The notes under the pieces: model-generated
Databases searched by the model: none
What the model was told of the DNA's origin: nothing
What the model saw: the letters and a program-made list of their open reading frames with translations, nothing else
In this document: piece by piece, positions 13,417-14,365 of the stretch
Layout of the letters: each line of letters starts with the position of its first letter
How positions within the stretch are numbered: the stretch's first letter is position 1
Virus record (IMG/VR): IMGVR_UViG_3300037420_000666
Length of the DNA: 14,365 nt
Source of the DNA: a virus
Taxonomy: Duplodnaviria; Heunggongvirae; Uroviricota; Caudoviricetes
Direction: 5' to 3' (one strand)
Program-made: the position numbers and the translations under genes

Positions 13417-13865
13417 TGGCCCGGCCGCGCATTACCCCGGCCTACAAGGCCCGGCGCCTGGAGCGCGAGCGCGCAGCCGAGTACCGCTTCGACGTGGATG
13501 CCTGGACAAAGGCCGCCGCCGAGACGCTGAGCATTCCGGCAGAGCACGTCGGGCTGACGGCCAGCGAGATCGAGGCGCTACCCGTGCCGGCTGCCCGCAG
13601 TGGTGTCCAACTCGTGTGCGCCGGCCCGGGCTGCGAGGAGTGCTTCAGCGCAGTGGCATCGGCGATTCGACAGCCATCTCGTACATGTGGGTCACCGTGC
13701 CCCAGCCCTGCAGCGGGTGAAGCCACTGCGACTCCAGCTGGATCGCGACCGCCGGGCTGTTTGCTCCATCTGGCTCCTCGCGCCACTCCAGTACCGCAAG
13801 AGGCGGCTGACCCGGCTCAAGCAGCAGATCCACGTTGTAGTGGGCCGTTTGGCCCGCGTGGGTGA
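13416..13865 (+). CDS. Hypothetical protein, 3' end uncertain
   Basis: ATG at 13416 is coupled to the previous stop. Codons up to about 13640 show strong G/C at third positions and a protein-like product (MARPRITPAYKARRLERERAAEYRFDVDAWTKAAAETLSIPAEHVGLTASEIEALPVPAA...). Beyond about 13645 third-position GC collapses and the product becomes P/A/G low complexity, so the true C-terminus is probably earlier or a frameshift is present. Confidence 0.35.
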   Translation: MARPRITPAYKARRLERERAAEYRFDVDAWTKAAAETLSIPAEHVGLTASEIEALPVPAARSGVQLVCAGPGCEECFSAVASAIRQPSRTCGSPCPSPAAGEATATPAGSRPPGCLLHLAPRATPVPQEAADPAQAADPRCSGPFGPRG

Positions 13866-13893
13866 GAAGTATGCGAACCTTCTTGACTTCCAT
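13645..13893 (-). CDS. Hypothetical 82-aa protein (convergent)
   Basis: ATG at 13893 is preceded by GGGAGGG at ideal spacing. Third codon positions are almost all G/C and the product is protein-like (MEVKKVRILLTHAGQTAHYNVDLLLEPGQPPLAVLEWREEPDGANSPAVAIQLESQW...). Confidence 0.5.
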   Translation of the reverse strand: MEVKKVRILLTHAGQTAHYNVDLLLEPGQPPLAVLEWREEPDGANSPAVAIQLESQWLHPLQGWGTVTHMYEMAVESPMPLR

Positions 13894-13974
13894 GGGGGCC
13901 CTCCCTGGGCTGGTGTGTGTAGGAGCCGCCAGCGTAACCGGGGAAGGGCGCCCGCCCTTCGCAGGGAGGCGCGC

Positions 13975-14365
13975 ATGACGCGCCCCCGCATTCCTGGCGG
14001 CAAGACCGACCGCCTGCTGTCTGCCCTGGCCACGCTGAAGCCTGGGCAGGTCATGACATCTGCCGAGCTGGCCGTGGCCGCAGGCGTCGAGTCGCCCCAG
14101 ATCCGCGCGCTGCTGCGCTACAGCATCGAGCAGGGCCGCGTGATCGTGAGCGCAACGAGCCCGCGCCGGCAGACGTATCGCCTGGGCGAGCCGGGCACGG
14201 CCGCTGCGCCCGCACCGAAGGCCGAGGCCAAGCCGGCCCAGGCCGAGGGCGGCTGCAAGCGCGGGCCGCGCGGCAAGACCATCACGGAGCCCTGGACCCC
14301 GCGCAAGGCGGGGAAGCCGGTCACGCCGGCAGCTGAGCAGGCCCGCGATGCCGCCATACCACCAG
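13975..14365 (+). CDS. Hypothetical protein with winged-helix-like N-terminus, 3'-truncated by the window edge
   Basis: Not in the supplied ORF track because it has no stop within the window. ATG at 13975 preceded by GGAGG with a 5-nt spacer. My translation: MTRPRIPGGKTDRLLSALATLKPGQVMTSAELAVAAGVESPQIRALLRYSIEQGRVIVSATSPRRQTYRLGEPGTAAAPAPKAEAKPAQAEGG... Third positions are G/C-rich throughout. Confidence 0.55.
   Translation, partial: MTRPRIPGGKTDRLLSALATLKPGQVMTSAELAVAAGVESPQIRALLRYSIEQGRVIVSATSPRRQTYRLGEPGTAAAPAPKAEAKPAQAEGGCKRGPRGKTITEPWTPRKAGKPVTPAAEQARDAAIPP

Noticed and set aside
14118-14357. 79-aa minus-strand ORF at the right edge
   Set aside because: Antisense to the better-supported plus-strand gene starting at 13975, which has an RBS and coding-like third-position bias; the product is low complexity.

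Overview
This window is the early/immunity region of a high-GC lambdoid prophage, and its gene order closely follows the left arm of phage lambda. Reading right to left on the minus strand: a CI-like HTH + S24-peptidase repressor (11899-12744), two cargo genes in the lambda rexA/rexB position (11060-11902), an intrinsic terminator, then a PL/OL-like promoter-operator region (about 10807-10848) driving a long leftward operon. That operon holds small coupled ORFs, a C2H2 zinc-finger protein, RecT, a YqaJ-type exonuclease, a charged-repeat protein, an ASCH-like protein, a PP-loop/PAPS-reductase-like protein, an Ea22-like DUF550 protein, an excisionase-like gene and a tyrosine integrase at the left edge (214-1407). 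Rightward from a divergent OR-like region (12745-12819) come a Cro/YdaS-like gene and further early genes, the last running off the window. The strongest candidate for an undescribed system is the lower-GC cargo pair downstream of the repressor: a membrane-anchored J-domain protein whose catalytic HPD motif reads HPK, plus a 77-aa partner. A 17-bp sequence is repeated exactly at both operator regions. No rRNA, tRNA or CRISPR array was seen. All functional calls rest on motifs recognised by eye in the supplied translations; no database search was run.
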